Shown here: positions 13,636 through 26,354 of the stretch, in pieces
Position numbering within the stretch: position 1 is the first letter of the stretch
Layout of the letters: the number at the start of each line of letters is the position of its first letter
From: Stegostoma tigrinum
Taxonomy: Eukaryota
Length of the DNA: 64,000 bases
NCBI RefSeq assembly: GCF_030684315.1
Contig: NC_081361.1
Span: 15,427,861-15,491,860, forward strand
Reading direction: 5' to 3'
The notes under the pieces: generated by a model
Databases searched by the model: none
Seen by the model: the letters and a program-made list of their open reading frames with translations, nothing else
What the model was told of the DNA's origin: nothing
Made by a program: the position numbers and the translations under genes

Positions 13636-14916
13636 GAGAATACAATTAATTAAAATGGCGTTTGTGTTCTTTCTTAAGCTGGTTCCAGCATCCTAGACTG
13701 TTGTTTAACTGAATATCAATCAATTGGAGTCAGACGAACTTGACTGGACCAGATGGAATTAATGTCTCCTGATGATCCATCTTTCCAATTGATTTATTTT
13801 TAATTGCATCAGATATCTGGAGAACCTTTTCTTTTCATCTATATTTAATGAGTGATGACAGATGGATAAATTATTTAAGACAGAGACATGCAAGACTAAT
13901 AAAATCTCCTTCCTCTCTTGTCTATTTCTACTTCAGAACAGGCAAGAGTGAACCTGAAGCTTACCCCATTCATAAAATTGGTCTTCTGGCAATGCCATCC
14001 AACCAATTAAATGCATAGTAGAGCTGTATTCAGTTTGGCCCGACAGAGAAAATATTTGACCCTTCACTTCCAGTTTAATGGCCTTTTCCTACAGCTTGTT
14101 GCAATCTCTTTTATTTTGAAATAGAGTTGATTGTTACTGCTGTGGTATTTTCCAAGAAGACCACTGCTAGCTCTTTGTGATATTCGTCACCTCTGCTAGC
14201 ATGTGCTACTTTGTAGGGGTAGTGTGAAGTAAATCTCTTCCACTAATTTGCCTTTGCTTTGTCTTGGGCCAAGCCATTAATCAATCTTTGAAGATACGCC
14301 ACTACCATAGAGTATCTACATAAAATGAACTTAATAGCACTATTTACAGCAACATTTGGTCAGGTATAATGACCGGGTCCCTAAGGAGATGGTTTGCTTC
14401 CTCAGAAAGTTAGAGTAGCACTCTTTTTATTGCAAATTCTATTTCATAGAATCCATGCTGTTTTGGAACAACCCAGACATTGACATATAGCTCACAGCAG
14501 CCGCGAAATAATTTGGAGTGCATTACTTTCTTCAACGAAATAAGGATGCATTTTTCCGCACAGTTTAGAGTGAAAATTATTTTGCACATTTTATGGGTCA
14601 CAGGACTGACAGAGCTCTTGGAAATTATTGCCTTTCATTCACTTTTGTGCTAATTAAGCTGATGGATTTTAGCACAAAGTGTGCATTTCTCTGCTCTTGA
14701 ATGTAATATTCGTGGGTCAAAAATTCCCTGATTAAACATTGTGCCAATTAGCTACAAGGTTAGTGCTCTGGTTTTATTTCTTAGAAGGCATTTGGGGTGA
14801 AATTAGTTTACATTAGCAGTATAAAACTGCCAAACAATAAATTCCCACCTTGTTTTCTAACTTAGCGTGCTTTCTTTTCAATTAAAGTCAATCAAAATAT
14901 GGTGATTTGTAAAGTT

Positions 14917-15263
14917 GGGGGAGGCAATGGCCTAGTGGTATTATCGCTGGTCTGCTAATCCAGAGACCCAGATAAAATTCTGGAGAGTTGGGTTCAAATC
15001 CCACCACAACAGATGGTGGACTTTGAATTCAATAAATATCTGGAATTAAGAATCTAATGATGACCATGAATCCATTGTCAGAAAAACCCATCTGATTCAC
15101 TAGTGTCCTTTAGGGGAGGAAGCTACCGTCCTTGCCTGGTCTGGCCTACATGTGATGCTAGACTCACAGCAATGTGGTTGACTCTGAACTGCCCGCTTTT
15201 CAATTATGGATGAGCAATAAATGCTGCCAAGCCTGTGACGCTCACATCCCATTAATGAATAAA
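14917..15263 (+). mobile_element. tRNA-derived SINE with LINE-derived tail
   Basis: A-box TGGCCTAGTGG, B-box GGTTCAAATCC; 3' GCAATAAATGCTG..CACATCCC..AATGAATAAA resembles the end of the LINE at 54000-57150. Confidence 0.8.
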
Positions 15264-15700
15264 TGGGGAAAAATTCCAATTGTTACAGGTTCCAAACACT
15301 TGTACAGAGGTGTAGAAGGAAGTTGTGTGCTTTCTGTTCTTCATACAGACAAATGTAGGCCAATATGTCAAATATGAGATTGTTTTCCAGGTTTCTGATC
15401 AACACTCAAAATGCAAACATAAAACTAGAAATGATCACTTGGGTTGGGTAAGAGTATCATTTAGTGAATGTGCAAACTTTTAATTTCCCAGTTCAGTTAA
15501 GAAAGGTGCGGGATCAAGTGTCAGTGTTGCTGTGGGTGAAATTAAGCGTGTGCGAGGCAATGCTAAGAACTGTGTAGAAGATTTGGCTTTATGGGCCATT
15601 CAGTTCCTTGGATAAATAATCCTTTGCTCTCATGAAGAAAACAGGGAGGAAAGAGTCAGTTCTCTTTTAGTTTAGGAGAAAACAAAACAGAATTGGAAGC

Positions 15701-15924
15701 GGAGATAGTAGGAGCTGCAGATGCTGGAGAATCTGAGGTAACAAGGTATAAATCTGGATGAACACAGCAGGCCAAGCAGCATCAGAGGAGCAGGAAGGCT
15801 GATGTCTTGGGCCTAGACCCTTCTTCCGAAAGAAGAAGGGTCTTGGCCTAAAACGTCAGCCTTCCTGATCCTCTGATGCTGCTTGGCCTGTTGGGTTCAT
15901 CCAGCTCTATACATTGCTATCTCT
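15701..15924. mobile_element. Miniature palindromic PLE derivative (family A-related)
   Basis: Two inverted arms meeting near 15825; TSD GAATTG(G/A)AAGC at 15690-15700 and 15925-15935. Confidence 0.85.
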
Positions 15925-16141
15925 GAATTGAAAGCATTCAACTTCTGTGGGGTATTTATAAAATGAGAGCACAACTAAGTTGAAAGAAACCTAATGGCAA
16001 TTTTTCTTTTCTAGTGCAAGGTATTGTATGATGTTATTTCCCTCTTCATCACTAATCAGTGTACAACTTGTATCCTTGTGAAAATATATTGTTCAAAATA
16101 ATTGGAATAAATTCTTCACAATCATACACATTTGCCTATGT

Positions 16142-16412
16142 TCATAGAATCCCTACAGTGTAGAAGCAGGCCATTCGGCCCACTGAGTCCGCACTAACTG
16201 TTTCATCCAAGGACCACCCTCTACTCTATCCCTGCACTTCCCACCCTCGACACCATGGGGCAATTTAATGTGGCCAGTCCACCTAATCTGCACATCCTTG
16301 GACTGTGGGAGGAAACCCAGAAAACCCGGAGGAAAGCTTTGCAGACACGGGTAGAATGTGCAAGCTCCACACAACCAGCCGCCTGAGGCTAGAATCGAAC
16401 CTGTGCCCCTGG
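16142..16412 (-). mobile_element. HE1-like V-SINE
   Basis: Minus-strand GGTTCGATTCTAGCCTCAGG and GTGTGGAGCTTGCAC core, GGGATTCTATG tail. Confidence 0.8.
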
Positions 16413-17279
16413 CCAAGTCTGAGTCTTTGTAACAGTTTAAGTGTCTTAGCAAGAGGTATGACTGCAACATAAGGAAGTACATGTTTAGGTGAGTGAGCAG
16501 AAATGATCTGCAGTTGGCTGCTCGCCAGAGCGGTGAACATGTCATAACCCACCCCCAAGGCAGGCGGGGCCTCAACCTATCCCAGAGGTAGGGACACTAG
16601 CACTGCACCACATGAATGGTGCAAGCAATGACGATCATGGCTTCAAAAGGAAATTAGAATGGATACATATAGAAATAAAACTACAGGGCCACATGGATAG
16701 AGTACATGGAATGGAATTGGCTGGATTGTTCCATGAATAGCTGCCATACATTCAACAGACTGCACAGCTTTCCAGAACACACAAAATGTGATAGCCTGGG
16801 AGCTTGTGAAACCAGCTACCTTGCTGCTGCACAGGTTACATGCATGCGCTACCAATGTCCCTTTCGACTCTTTTCAATGGCCAAAACAAATTAACTATTG
16901 AACTCAGTTAAAAAGTGATATCTCCCTTAAAAGGGGGCCTGTAACAAAACTCAAATGGTTGTAGAAAACGTAAAGTTAAATTTAACATGTAATTGTGATG
17001 AGACGTAACACATCCCAGCCTTTGCACGGCCCACTGTTGTCAAAGGCACCATGCTCTCTTTTTTGTAACACTGAGCATGGATGTGTGCAGGGGAGTGAGG
17101 AAGGCACTGCAATTACAGGACGCCTGACATCGAAACAGTGGTCACTGCAGAGCTAAATCATTGGCATTCCTCAAAACTCCGTGTCGCATCTGGCATCTCC
17201 TTCTACCGTATAAAAGGGAGCACCTCTTACTTTCCTCTTCTGCTTCCCGAAATCGCAACCATATCCTTGGGCCTTTTTC

Positions 17280-18050
17280 TCTTGACACCCTCAGGCGACC
17301 AGTTCAGACAGTGAGCAAACACACTATGAAGAGATGAATGATGAAGATGTGGCAGTAACACTGGATTTCCCATACTCAGCCCCCAGCTCAGATATTAAGA
17401 ATGTATGCATCTGACAGAAAAGGTGGGACAAAGGTGGCAAGAGTCTGATAGATTGCAGGCAAGACAGTGGGTACATATGGCATGGATGCTTCTTTCTCAG
17501 AGTGGCCTTACACCAGGGTTCCACCATAGAGGTTTCAGATGAAGATTTCAGTGGGGCGGCCTGCAGAGAAACACTGATGTATGTCGGCAATGGAATACTT
17601 GCTGCATTAGAAGCCTGCCAGAAAAGATGCAGTCAAGGTGACGGAAGTGGAAGCCATCCAACACCAGCTTGGTACATGGCTAAGAACAGAGAAAAAAGGC
17701 TTGCAGTGTATCACAGCAGTCTAGTAGTCCGTCCTACATTAGATTACTAGCATAGTTTAGGAACTTTTCTAGTCAATTGACAGTGATTTCGTGGATCTCA
17801 AACGCGCTGTTCTCTCTCAAAAACTCAATATTCATCCACCTACATCCATCCCTCTGCCAGGGCTCTCTGTTGGCTAGCTCAAGCTGCTGCTGCCCATGCT
17901 GAGATAAACACAGCCAGGCCTTCAATGCCAAGAAATGCTTGGGATTTGCGGCCTTTTCTACTGCAAGTCAATTGACTTCACTCATCCAAGCAACAGCCGA
18001 AGTCTGAGGCAGACTTAATGAAAACATGCATTAAAGGAATGTTGAAGAAT
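17280..18050 (+). mobile_element. Probable second (accessory) ORF region of a decayed Harbinger element
   Basis: Broken acidic/Ser-rich reading (EVSDEDFSGAACRETLMYVGNGILAALEA) lying tail-to-tail with the transposase remnant at 18380-18870; assignment is by position and recollection of similar shark repeats. Confidence 0.4.
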
Positions 18051-18379
18051 AATGATAATATATAACGCACTCATTTATAAAATTGGATTGGAATGTTCAT
18101 TTTATAGCAGATTTTGTTTTTACCTTGTGGCTAAGCAGTCACTGTGATCAACAATGACAGAGGGGAAATTGAGTTTGTGCTTATCAGTATCACTTACAGA
18201 TAGACAGCCAGGCAGAAATTGCCTAACTTGCCTCTTTCCTCTCTCTTCCAATTCCGTTTGTTGTCTGCTACACAACTGGGTGACAAACCTAGGACCCTCC
18301 AACAAAGCTGTTGTTTGTTTTGCAACATGAAACTGACCACTATAATTCCTGATACCTGCTCTGCAGAATGAGTCATGTC

Positions 18380-18870
18380 AATGTGGTCAACGTGTCTTCA
18401 GCATCACAAAACCTGCAATCCAACCAAATTCAAATGCTACCTTCACTTGCTTCTCTCTGGCAAAAGAAACTTAAATGTAGGCTGATAAGAGTGGCCTGAG
18501 TGACAATCCTTGCACAAGAGCAAATTACACATTGTATTAAACCCAACATCAACCTGCAGGGAACCAGGCTTTTGAATGTTTATTATCACAGAGTCACCTT
18601 CATTTCCACTGGTGGTGCTATCTTTACCTTGAGGCTGAAGTCATGGATGCATCAAATAGATTTCAGCGAGGATGTTTTTAGTGGAGAATGCAAGTCTCTC
18701 ACATTGAATCTCAAGGACATTCAGGCAGAAGAATTGTTCTCTGACAACCATGAGTGGATAAGATGTGCTGACCTCCCTTCTCCCCTCCTCCTGCAGCATG
18801 TTCTGGTCTGTAAAACCTCCTTTTCTTCTATCTTTGCTTTCTCTCAATGGGAATACCCACAAAGACACCC
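18380..18870 (-). pseudogene. Decayed PIF/Harbinger transposase, N-terminal half
   Basis: Minus-strand pieces in order: YPLMVVREQFFCLNVLEIQCERL, TKNILAEI, PVEMKVT, PGSLQ, AREKQVKVAFEFGWIAGF; these match HARBI1-like N-terminal motifs. Confidence 0.65.
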
Positions 18871-19658
18871 ATGGTTATGAATGACTCTTTCACTGAAGTC
18901 TTGAAGTCAACAAAAATCTTATCACCTGCCACACCACTCTTTTTTTGCAAAATAAAAGAAAACACCTAACAATTATACAATTGAGGGGGGAAATAAACAA
19001 ACAATGGCTAATCTGGAACTGGCCAATTGACCACTTAAGTAGTATTATGGGGGATATTCCTGTGACTTTACAAGCTGTCAGCTACGTGGTTTACAATAGG
19101 AGGAGACAGGAGCATCAAGATCCAAAATGGTATTGCTGACATCAAAAGAACATGCAATGCCCTGAACTGACTGCTCTATAAACTTCTATCAGATCTTTAC
19201 TGCCGATATGCAAACATCTGTACCAATATTAGCTGTGTTGCAATTTGTGCTGAATATCTGTTGTATGCCATGGATGCCATTTTAGAATTCCGCATTGAAT
19301 CACAACAACCAAAAAAAGAAGCGCTCATGAGTTCAATTTCTCACACAATTAGCATGAGAATTAGGAGTATTGGACATTAGTGCACAAGGACTTCAATCAT
19401 TGGACGATCGAGAAATGTGGAATAGATTCTAGGGATTTGAATTTGTTACTGTGGATGTAAAGAAAGAAAGAATCTGACAAACAGTTCATCATTTAACTTC
19501 CTTATGCCTCACCAGCTCTGCCAACAGCATCACAAAACAACAGGCTAATGGATGTTGCAGAGATAATGGGAACTGCAGATGCTGGAGATTCCAAGATAAT
19601 AAAATGTGAGGCTGGATGAACACAGCAGGCCAAGCAGCATCTCAGGAGCACAAAAGCT

Positions 19659-19686
19659 GACGTTTCGGGCCTAGACCCTTCATCAG
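19659..19686 (-). ncRNA. Minimal hammerhead ribozyme motif (left arm)
   Basis: Minus strand CTGATGA-A-GGGT CTAG GCCC-GAAA-CG-TC; ACGT palindrome in place of stem III; GUC triplet. Stem I is short. Confidence 0.7.
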
Positions 19687-19910
19687 AGAGGGGGATGGGG
19701 GGAGGGAACTGGAATAAATAGGGAGAGAGGGGGAGGCGGACCGAAGATGGAGAGTAAAGAAGATAGGTGGAGAGGGTGTAGGTGGGGAGGTAGGGAGGGG
19801 ATAGGTCAGTCCAGGGAAGACGGACAGGTCAAGGAGGTGGGATGAGGTTAGTAGGTAGCTGGGGGTGCGGCTTGGGGTGGGAGGAAGGGATGGGTGAGAG
19901 GAAGAACCGG

Positions 19911-20549
19911 TTAGGGAGGCAGAGACAGGTTGGACTGGTTTTGGGATGCAGTGGGTGGGGGGGAAGAGCTGGGCTGGTTGTGTGGTGCAGTGGGGGGAGG
20001 GGATGAACTGGGCTGGTTTAGGGATGCAGTAGGGGAAGGGGAGATTTTGAAACTGGTGAAGTCCACATTGATACCATATGGCTGCAGGGTTCCCAGGCGG
20101 AATATGAGTTGCTGTTCCTGCAACCTTCGGGTGGCATCATTGTGGCAGTGCAGGAGGCCCATGATGGACATGTCATCAAGAGAATGGGAGGGGGAGTGGA
20201 AATGGTTTGCGACTGGGAGGTGCAGTTGTTTGTTGCGAACTGAGCGGAGGTGTTCTGCAAAGCGGTCCCCAAGCCTCCGCTTGGTTTCCCCAATGTAGAG
20301 GAAGCCGCACCGGGTACAGTGGATGCAGTATACCACATTGGCAGATGTGCAGGTGAACCTCTGCTTAATGTGGAATATCATCTTGGGGCCTGGGATGGGG
20401 GTGAGGGAGGAGGGTGTGGGGACAAGTGTAGCATTTCCTGCGGTTGCAGGGGAAGGTGCCGGGTGTGGTGGGGTTGGAGGGCAGTGTGGAGCGAACAAGG
20501 GAGTCACGGAGAGAGTGGTCTCTCCGGAAAGCAGACAGGGGAGGGGATG
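19911..20549 (-). pseudogene. PLE ORF C-terminus (Cys linker plus GIY-YIG endonuclease), left arm
   Basis: VVYCIHCTRCGFLYIGETKRRLGDRFAEHLRSV..RLQEQQLIFRLGTLQPYGIN; 1-nt frameshift near 20410 separates it from PCNRRKCYTCPH. Confidence 0.9.
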
Positions 20550-20550
20550 C

Positions 20551-21357
20551 GTCTCCCGCATTTCCCGCGACACATCCCTCACACCCCGCCCCCGCCACAA
20601 CCGCCCCAAGAGGATCCCCCTCGTTCTCACACACCACCCTACCAACCTCCGGATAAAACGCATTATCCTCCGACACTTCCGCCATTTACAATCCGACCCC
20701 ACCACCCAAGACATTTTTCCATCCCCTCCCCTGTCTGCTTTCCGGAGAGACCACTCTCTCCGTGACTCCCTTGTTCGCTCCACACTGCCCTCCAACCCCA
20801 CCACACCCGGCACCTTCCCCTGCAACCGCAGGAAATGCTACACTTGTCCCCACACCTCCCCCCTCACCCCCATCCCAGGCCCCAAGATGACATTCCACAT
20901 TAAGCAGAGGTTCACCTGCACATCTGCCAATGTGGTATACTGCATCCACTGTACCCGGTGCGGCTTCCTCTACATTGGGGAAACCAAGCAGAGGCTTGGG
21001 GACCGCTTTGCAGAACACCTCCGCTCAGTTCGCAACAAACAACTGCACCTCCCAGTCGCAAACCATTTCCACTCCCCCTCCCATTCTCTTGATGACATGT
21101 CCATCATGGGCCTCCTGCACTGCCACAATGATGCCACCTGAAGGTTGCAGGAACAGCAACTCATATTCCGCCTGGGAACCCTGCAGCCATATGGTATCAA
21201 TGTGGACTTCACCAGTTTCAAAATCTCCCCTTCCCCTACTGCATCCCTAAACCAGCCCAGTTCATCCCCTCCCCCCACTGCACCACACAACCAGCCCAGC
21301 TCTTCCCCCCCACCCACTGCATCCCAAAACCAGTCCAACCTGTCTCTGCCTCCCTAA
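20551..21357 (+). pseudogene. PLE ORF C-terminus (end of RT region, Cys linker, GIY-YIG), right arm
   Basis: RIPLVLTHHP..AFRRDHSLRDSLVRS..PCNRRKCYTC..VVYCIHCTRCGFLYIGETKQRLGDRFAEH; premature TGA at 21139-21141 where the left arm has CGA. Confidence 0.9.
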
Positions 21358-21581
21358 CCGGTTCTTCCTCTCACCCATCCCTTCCTCCCACCCCAAGCCG
21401 CACCCCCAGCTACCTACTAACCTCATCCCACCTCCTTGACCTGTCCGTCTTCCCTGGACTAACCTATCCCCTCCCTACCTCCCCACCTACACCCTCTCCA
21501 CCTATCTTCTTTACTCTCCATCTTCGGTCCGCCTCCCCCTCTCTCCCTATTTATTCCAGTTCCCTCCCCCCATCCCCCTCT

Positions 21582-21609
21582 CTGATGAAGGGTGTAGGCC
21601 CGAAACGTC
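21582..21609 (+). ncRNA. Minimal hammerhead ribozyme motif (right arm)
   Basis: CTGATGA-A-GGGT GTAG GCCC-GAAA-CG-TC. Confidence 0.7.
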
Positions 21610-22869
21610 AGCTTTTGTGCTCCTGAGATGCTGCTTGGCCTGCTGTGTTCATCCAGCCTCACATTTTATTATCCAGGCTAATGGATGTTGTTTGTTTACT
21701 TGATGCAATGTTTCTCAATTGTCATCAGCAGTACTCACAGAAATTGTAATAAGTGAATGTGAAGTGTGTTAACACGATGTGCAAAACTAATAACTTTAAC
21801 CTCAGATTTTGAGAGTCAAGACACCTTGGCACAAATCACTTCACACTGACTCCCTATTATCAACTGATTGAATATTGTCCAAATTACAGAATTCAAGGGA
21901 GAAGTAGCATTTCACAATTATCTCCTATTTCTCAATTAGCACTGGTAAATGAGAGTGCAACAGTGTTACAAGACTGCAAAAGTGGGAGAGATTGTTACGT
22001 GTGGAATTTGACTAAGTTCATCAGTAAGTGGGACAGTTTCAGTGATAGGGACCATCAGTGGAAAGTGCTGAACGAGTTAAAGAGGTGCAGGGCAGCCGAT
22101 TGGATTTGTAGCAGAAGAAAACTCTATGATCAGAACCTAAATACGACAATAACATTGATATTATAAGAGGATGGAATTTGGAGCAACTCTGAACAGGCGA
22201 TAAATGAGAATGAAAAAAGAATGAGAAGTCAATCCATAAGTGGGGTTTTGTTTCAGTGTTCAGAAATCAATTCCCACCTAAAGCTTATTAAAACTGGAAG
22301 AATGTAATGTCTTTGACAACTGACCTTACACTTCATTTCAATCTCTGAAAACACCCTCTACCAGTAGGTGGAACTGTCCTCATTACCACAGACTATGGTC
22401 TTCACAGCGAGGAGGGAGGATGACTTTTCTTCCAGTTTTTAATTTTTCTCCTTCCTCCTACTCAGGAAATAATAATGACCCAAATCTATTCAACCAGTGC
22501 ACATTCAGTAGGTATGTTGAATATTTCAGAAGTTGATGTTGTTTGTAAGTCACCAATGGAACGTGCTAACCTTGCCATTGCTTCAAGATCTGTAACTGAT
22601 CTATTATGAACTTCAGTGTCAAAAAGTGTTGCCTGTTCATTTGTTTATTGCTTTAGGAAAATAATTAGCTACTACAGCAGTAATATATATGTTCAATGCA
22701 ACACAATCTGTTGCTTAAGATGGTGGATCTGAAAGAGTTTGTTTAATTTGAGTTATATTTCCCTCAATATGATGATTTCTTCGGGTAGAGAATATGTCAG
22801 TTGAGTATGTGGTCCCAACTGAGACCAATTGACATTTCTGGCTTCCTATGGTATTATGTAATTACCCAT

Positions 22870-23283
22870 AACACAACCCAGTCCATCATGCAAGCTAATT
22901 TTCCATCAAGACTCCATTTATACTTCTCGCTGCCTCAGGAAGGCAGTCAACACCATCAAAGACCCCTCCCAACTCGTTTATAATCTCTTCTAACCTCCAC
23001 TTCTGTCAAGCATAAGATACAAAAGTTTAAACACATGTACCAACCCATTCGAGAGTACCTTCTTATGCGCTGTTGCTAAACTTTGGAATTGACATCTCAA
23101 ATTTCAAACCTAATGTTGATCTTGCTTTTTGTGCATTTTTTTTGCAGTTGTAACTTTGTATTCCTCGCTCTGTTCAATCAACCTATGATCTTTGCATGGT
23201 ATGATCTGCCTGCACTGCACACAAAACAAAATGTTTCACTGTACCTAGGTACATGAGACAATAATAACAAATCAAATCAAATT
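22870..23283 (+). mobile_element. Rex1/Babar LINE 3' end
   Basis: RCLRKAVNTIKDPSQ..RYKSLNTCTNPFESTF matches the Rex1 C-terminal motif; (CAAAT)n tail. Confidence 0.8.
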
Positions 23284-23351
23284 ACTGATCAATGTAATTT
23301 TTAACCTATGGTGATCACGCAGTAAACTGCCTTCTATTAATCCTCCCTAGG

Positions 23352-23533
23352 GTAAGTAAGGACTGCAGATGCTGAAAAACAGAGTCAATAAACATGAAGC
23401 TTGGCAAACGCTACGGGTCAGACGGCATCAGTGGAGCAGAAAAGTCAATGTTTTGGACTGAAATCTGACAAAAGGTTTCTTTCCTACTCCTCTAATGTTG
23501 TCTGACCTACTGTGTTTGTCCAGTTCCACTTTG
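23352..23533. mobile_element. Older miniature palindromic PLE derivative
   Basis: GGACTGCAGATGCTG tail, then GGTCAGACGGCATCAGTGGAGCAGAAAAG mirrored by CTTTCCTACTCCTCTAATGTTGTCTGACC. Confidence 0.6.
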
Positions 23534-23771
23534 GTTGGAGGTGTTGATGAGCAGCTCAACACAAGGTGCCTGTGGAGACAGATGTGTCCTCTCTGGTTCC
23601 TGACAGTCTTCACTAATTATTCCTAACAGTCAAATGTAACCTGTAAGTATTTCTATCATGCAATAAATTCTCTCTCATTAGCAAAGACAAGTGTCTTTTG
23701 TAGTAAAGACTTACTGGGAGTAAATCGTTCCACCACAATATATCCTCAGCCTAAGCCTAAAAAGAAAGAAT

Positions 23772-23887
23772 TTACGGGCTATCATATAGTATACCTGTCT
23801 CTGAATCAGGAAGCATGGGTTTAAGTCCCACTTGCTTCAAAGGTATGTAATAATGGCTCTGAATAAATTGATTAGAAATATCTAAAA
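23772..23887 (+). mobile_element. Short tRNA-derived SINE monomer
   Basis: GGGTTTAAGTCCCACTTGCT..GGTATGTAATAA..CTCTGAA..TTGATTAGAAA matches the units at 30817-31091. Confidence 0.6.
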
Positions 23888-26354
23888 AGGAGGATTGGTG
23901 TCAACACTATGACCCAAGCAAGTGTTGCTTGTAGTTGATAAGGCAGAGCCCAATTTGAAAATCCTCACAAAGTTTAAATAAGTTCTTTGATGTGCAGGGG
24001 ATTCCCAGGCTCCAATAAATGAAAGTTGAGTTCGATGTTACTTATCTATATGACATTTCTTCTATTTCTCCCCCACATATTTAAAGGTTTTTCTTTCTCA
24101 ATCCCATACCTGCAGGGACATTTGACAAATTTGACCAAGCCTTGAAAAATTAAGAAGCTCCTGTTCCCATCATTCTCATGTATTTGAATTACCTCCACCT
24201 GGTAGTCAGCAGCTGGTTAGAATTGATCATTGCCAATCGTAAGCTCATCTTTACCTACCTCTATCACAAGAATGTCATGCCTGCATCGTCAATCAGTCTG
24301 TACTAATTACATCATTTAATGTCGCAATTGATGTAGAAATTTTTGCAAATGCAGTTGAGAGGTAGTTATTCTTTAGAGAGAATAAGTCTAAATATGAAAA
24401 TTGGAATAAATAAGGCACGTCTTTAAGCTCAGGCCTTGTTAAAAGCAGTTTCTAAACATGAACCTTCTCAAGCTCGAGTGATGAGGATTCTTCAACCAAC
24501 TCATCCATAATAGGAAGCTGAGGGAATGTGTCAAACAGTGACTGTGAGATTTTGACTCAGGATTACAGTTCATGGATTATTCAGCCAATGGGACATCTGT
24601 TTAATGCTGACAATGAACACTGATTTCAGTGGGGCAACTTTGCTAATAGTAGCAGCAAGCAGTCTTTTGATCGCTATGAACATAGCTCATAGATATCTAT
24701 TGTCACAAACAATTTGGAATAATATCAAGTCAGTCCTCAGGACCAAGTTAAATTCTTCATAAGGCCTGCATTCTCTGGGCCATGTTTTCCAAAAATGCAA
24801 CGTGGGTGACTTATAGTGACCAAAAAGGCCACCTGATTCTGGCCAAATGTAGCAGTGCACTCAAAGGCAAAACTTCTGAGTTCATTAGCACTCATCATTC
24901 AGAGGCAGTTTAGTTGACATGTCTGTTGGGTGGAATCAGTCTAATTCTCAAAGTATCTGCTTCTGAGGCATAGGGCTCTTCAGCTCTCTGCAAGGGTACT
25001 CCATTTGAAAACACCCCATCTGAAATGGACTTTTTGCTCCTTGCCCACTAATGTGTACAGAACTGTTTAAATGGTTTATCTGCATTACATTATAAAGGTA
25101 TATTAACAAGAGATGACATAAAGTATAACTGAAGAACAGGAGAGGAAAGTTGGATCAAAACAATTTCAATGATTCTCTTGAAAAGTAAACTATAAAGCTT
25201 TGTTTTTACTTCTGTATTCAAGAAAAATTCAATAACTTTAACAGTGAATAATGTCCCCAAAATACCTGAAAGGCTTATAACAGATTTTTATTACCAAGTT
25301 AAAGATCACTTAGGCTGAAAATACATGGTAATATCTTCTAAATTGAAAGTCTATAAATTTTGAAATCTATAAGCCAGATAGAAAAAAAAACCTTGGAGGA
25401 AAATTGCAGTTGTGTAATGATTTTCATTAAATCTTGCCTGGTTTCCAACCATATTACACCAGTCATCCACATCTTTCAATTTTCTGTTTTATTTCCTTTC
25501 CGCTTTAGTGATATCTCTTTCCCAATTCCATTGTTCTTACCTTTTGCCAAAGTATGTGACTGAATTGATTGCCAATCACTTTTGCTAATCATGAAACGCT
25601 GAAAAAATTAACTGTCCACAGGACAATTGATTCAGATGAGACACACTACGGAATCAGTATAGAAAAACGCAAATGAATAAATGCACTCTGATTAATATCC
25701 GTAAGAGCTCTCTGAATGCAATAACTACACCCAGGGGCTGACATACAGCAAAATCCAAAAATAGAGAAAAGAGATGAATGAAAGGTTTGGGTGCAGAATG
25801 ATCATGGAAAGATGTTTCATTAAGAGAGTGCCAACATCAGGAATTTTGTGCCAGTGGGTACTCGAGGCAGATAAGTGATGCATTTGCATGTTTCATCTTT
25901 AATGGCAGGTGTGATTTCAGCTGGGAGACTTGCTACTGCTGTATTTTATGAAAATAGTAAATTAAACTAAATAAGCCAATTATATCATTAAAAAATTACA
26001 TTAAAAATAGTTAATTAACTAAACATACACATAAATATTTAAATTGTAGGACAGGTGATGTGTCAGAAATGGAGAAGGAAACATAAAAATTAATCTCTCA
26101 GCACCAACAAGCCATGCTAGCTCACTTCAAACACGATGAGATCCAAAATAGAGAATGATCTAAAATGTCCATCAGCATGGACTCAACAGAAAAAGAGCAC
26201 GCCATTTTGGACAATAATTTTTTGTTCTAACTCAGTACATCAGCTGTTTTCTATGACTCGAGTGAGAATCTGTCTCATTGAAGCTCAACGGCCTGTTAGT
26301 CAAAGAATCAATTGTTTGAATAGGCTAATTCAAAGAACATCCTTGGATATTTTT

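Larger units (their letters stand above)
19558..21673. mobile_element. Penelope-like retroelement (Neptune-type), 5'-truncated, arranged as a long inverted repeat
   Basis: Arms 19595-20549 and 20720-21673 are reverse complements; exact 17-bp TSD CAGGCTAATGGATGTTG at 19541-19557 and 21674-21690; both arms encode a Cys-rich linker plus GIY-YIG domain. Confidence 0.95.

Noticed and set aside
19911-21141. The 304-aa and 272-aa ORFs as intact genes
   Set aside because: Their N-termini are antisense read-through of the opposite arm; only the C-terminal parts are real PLE sequence and the RT core is absent.
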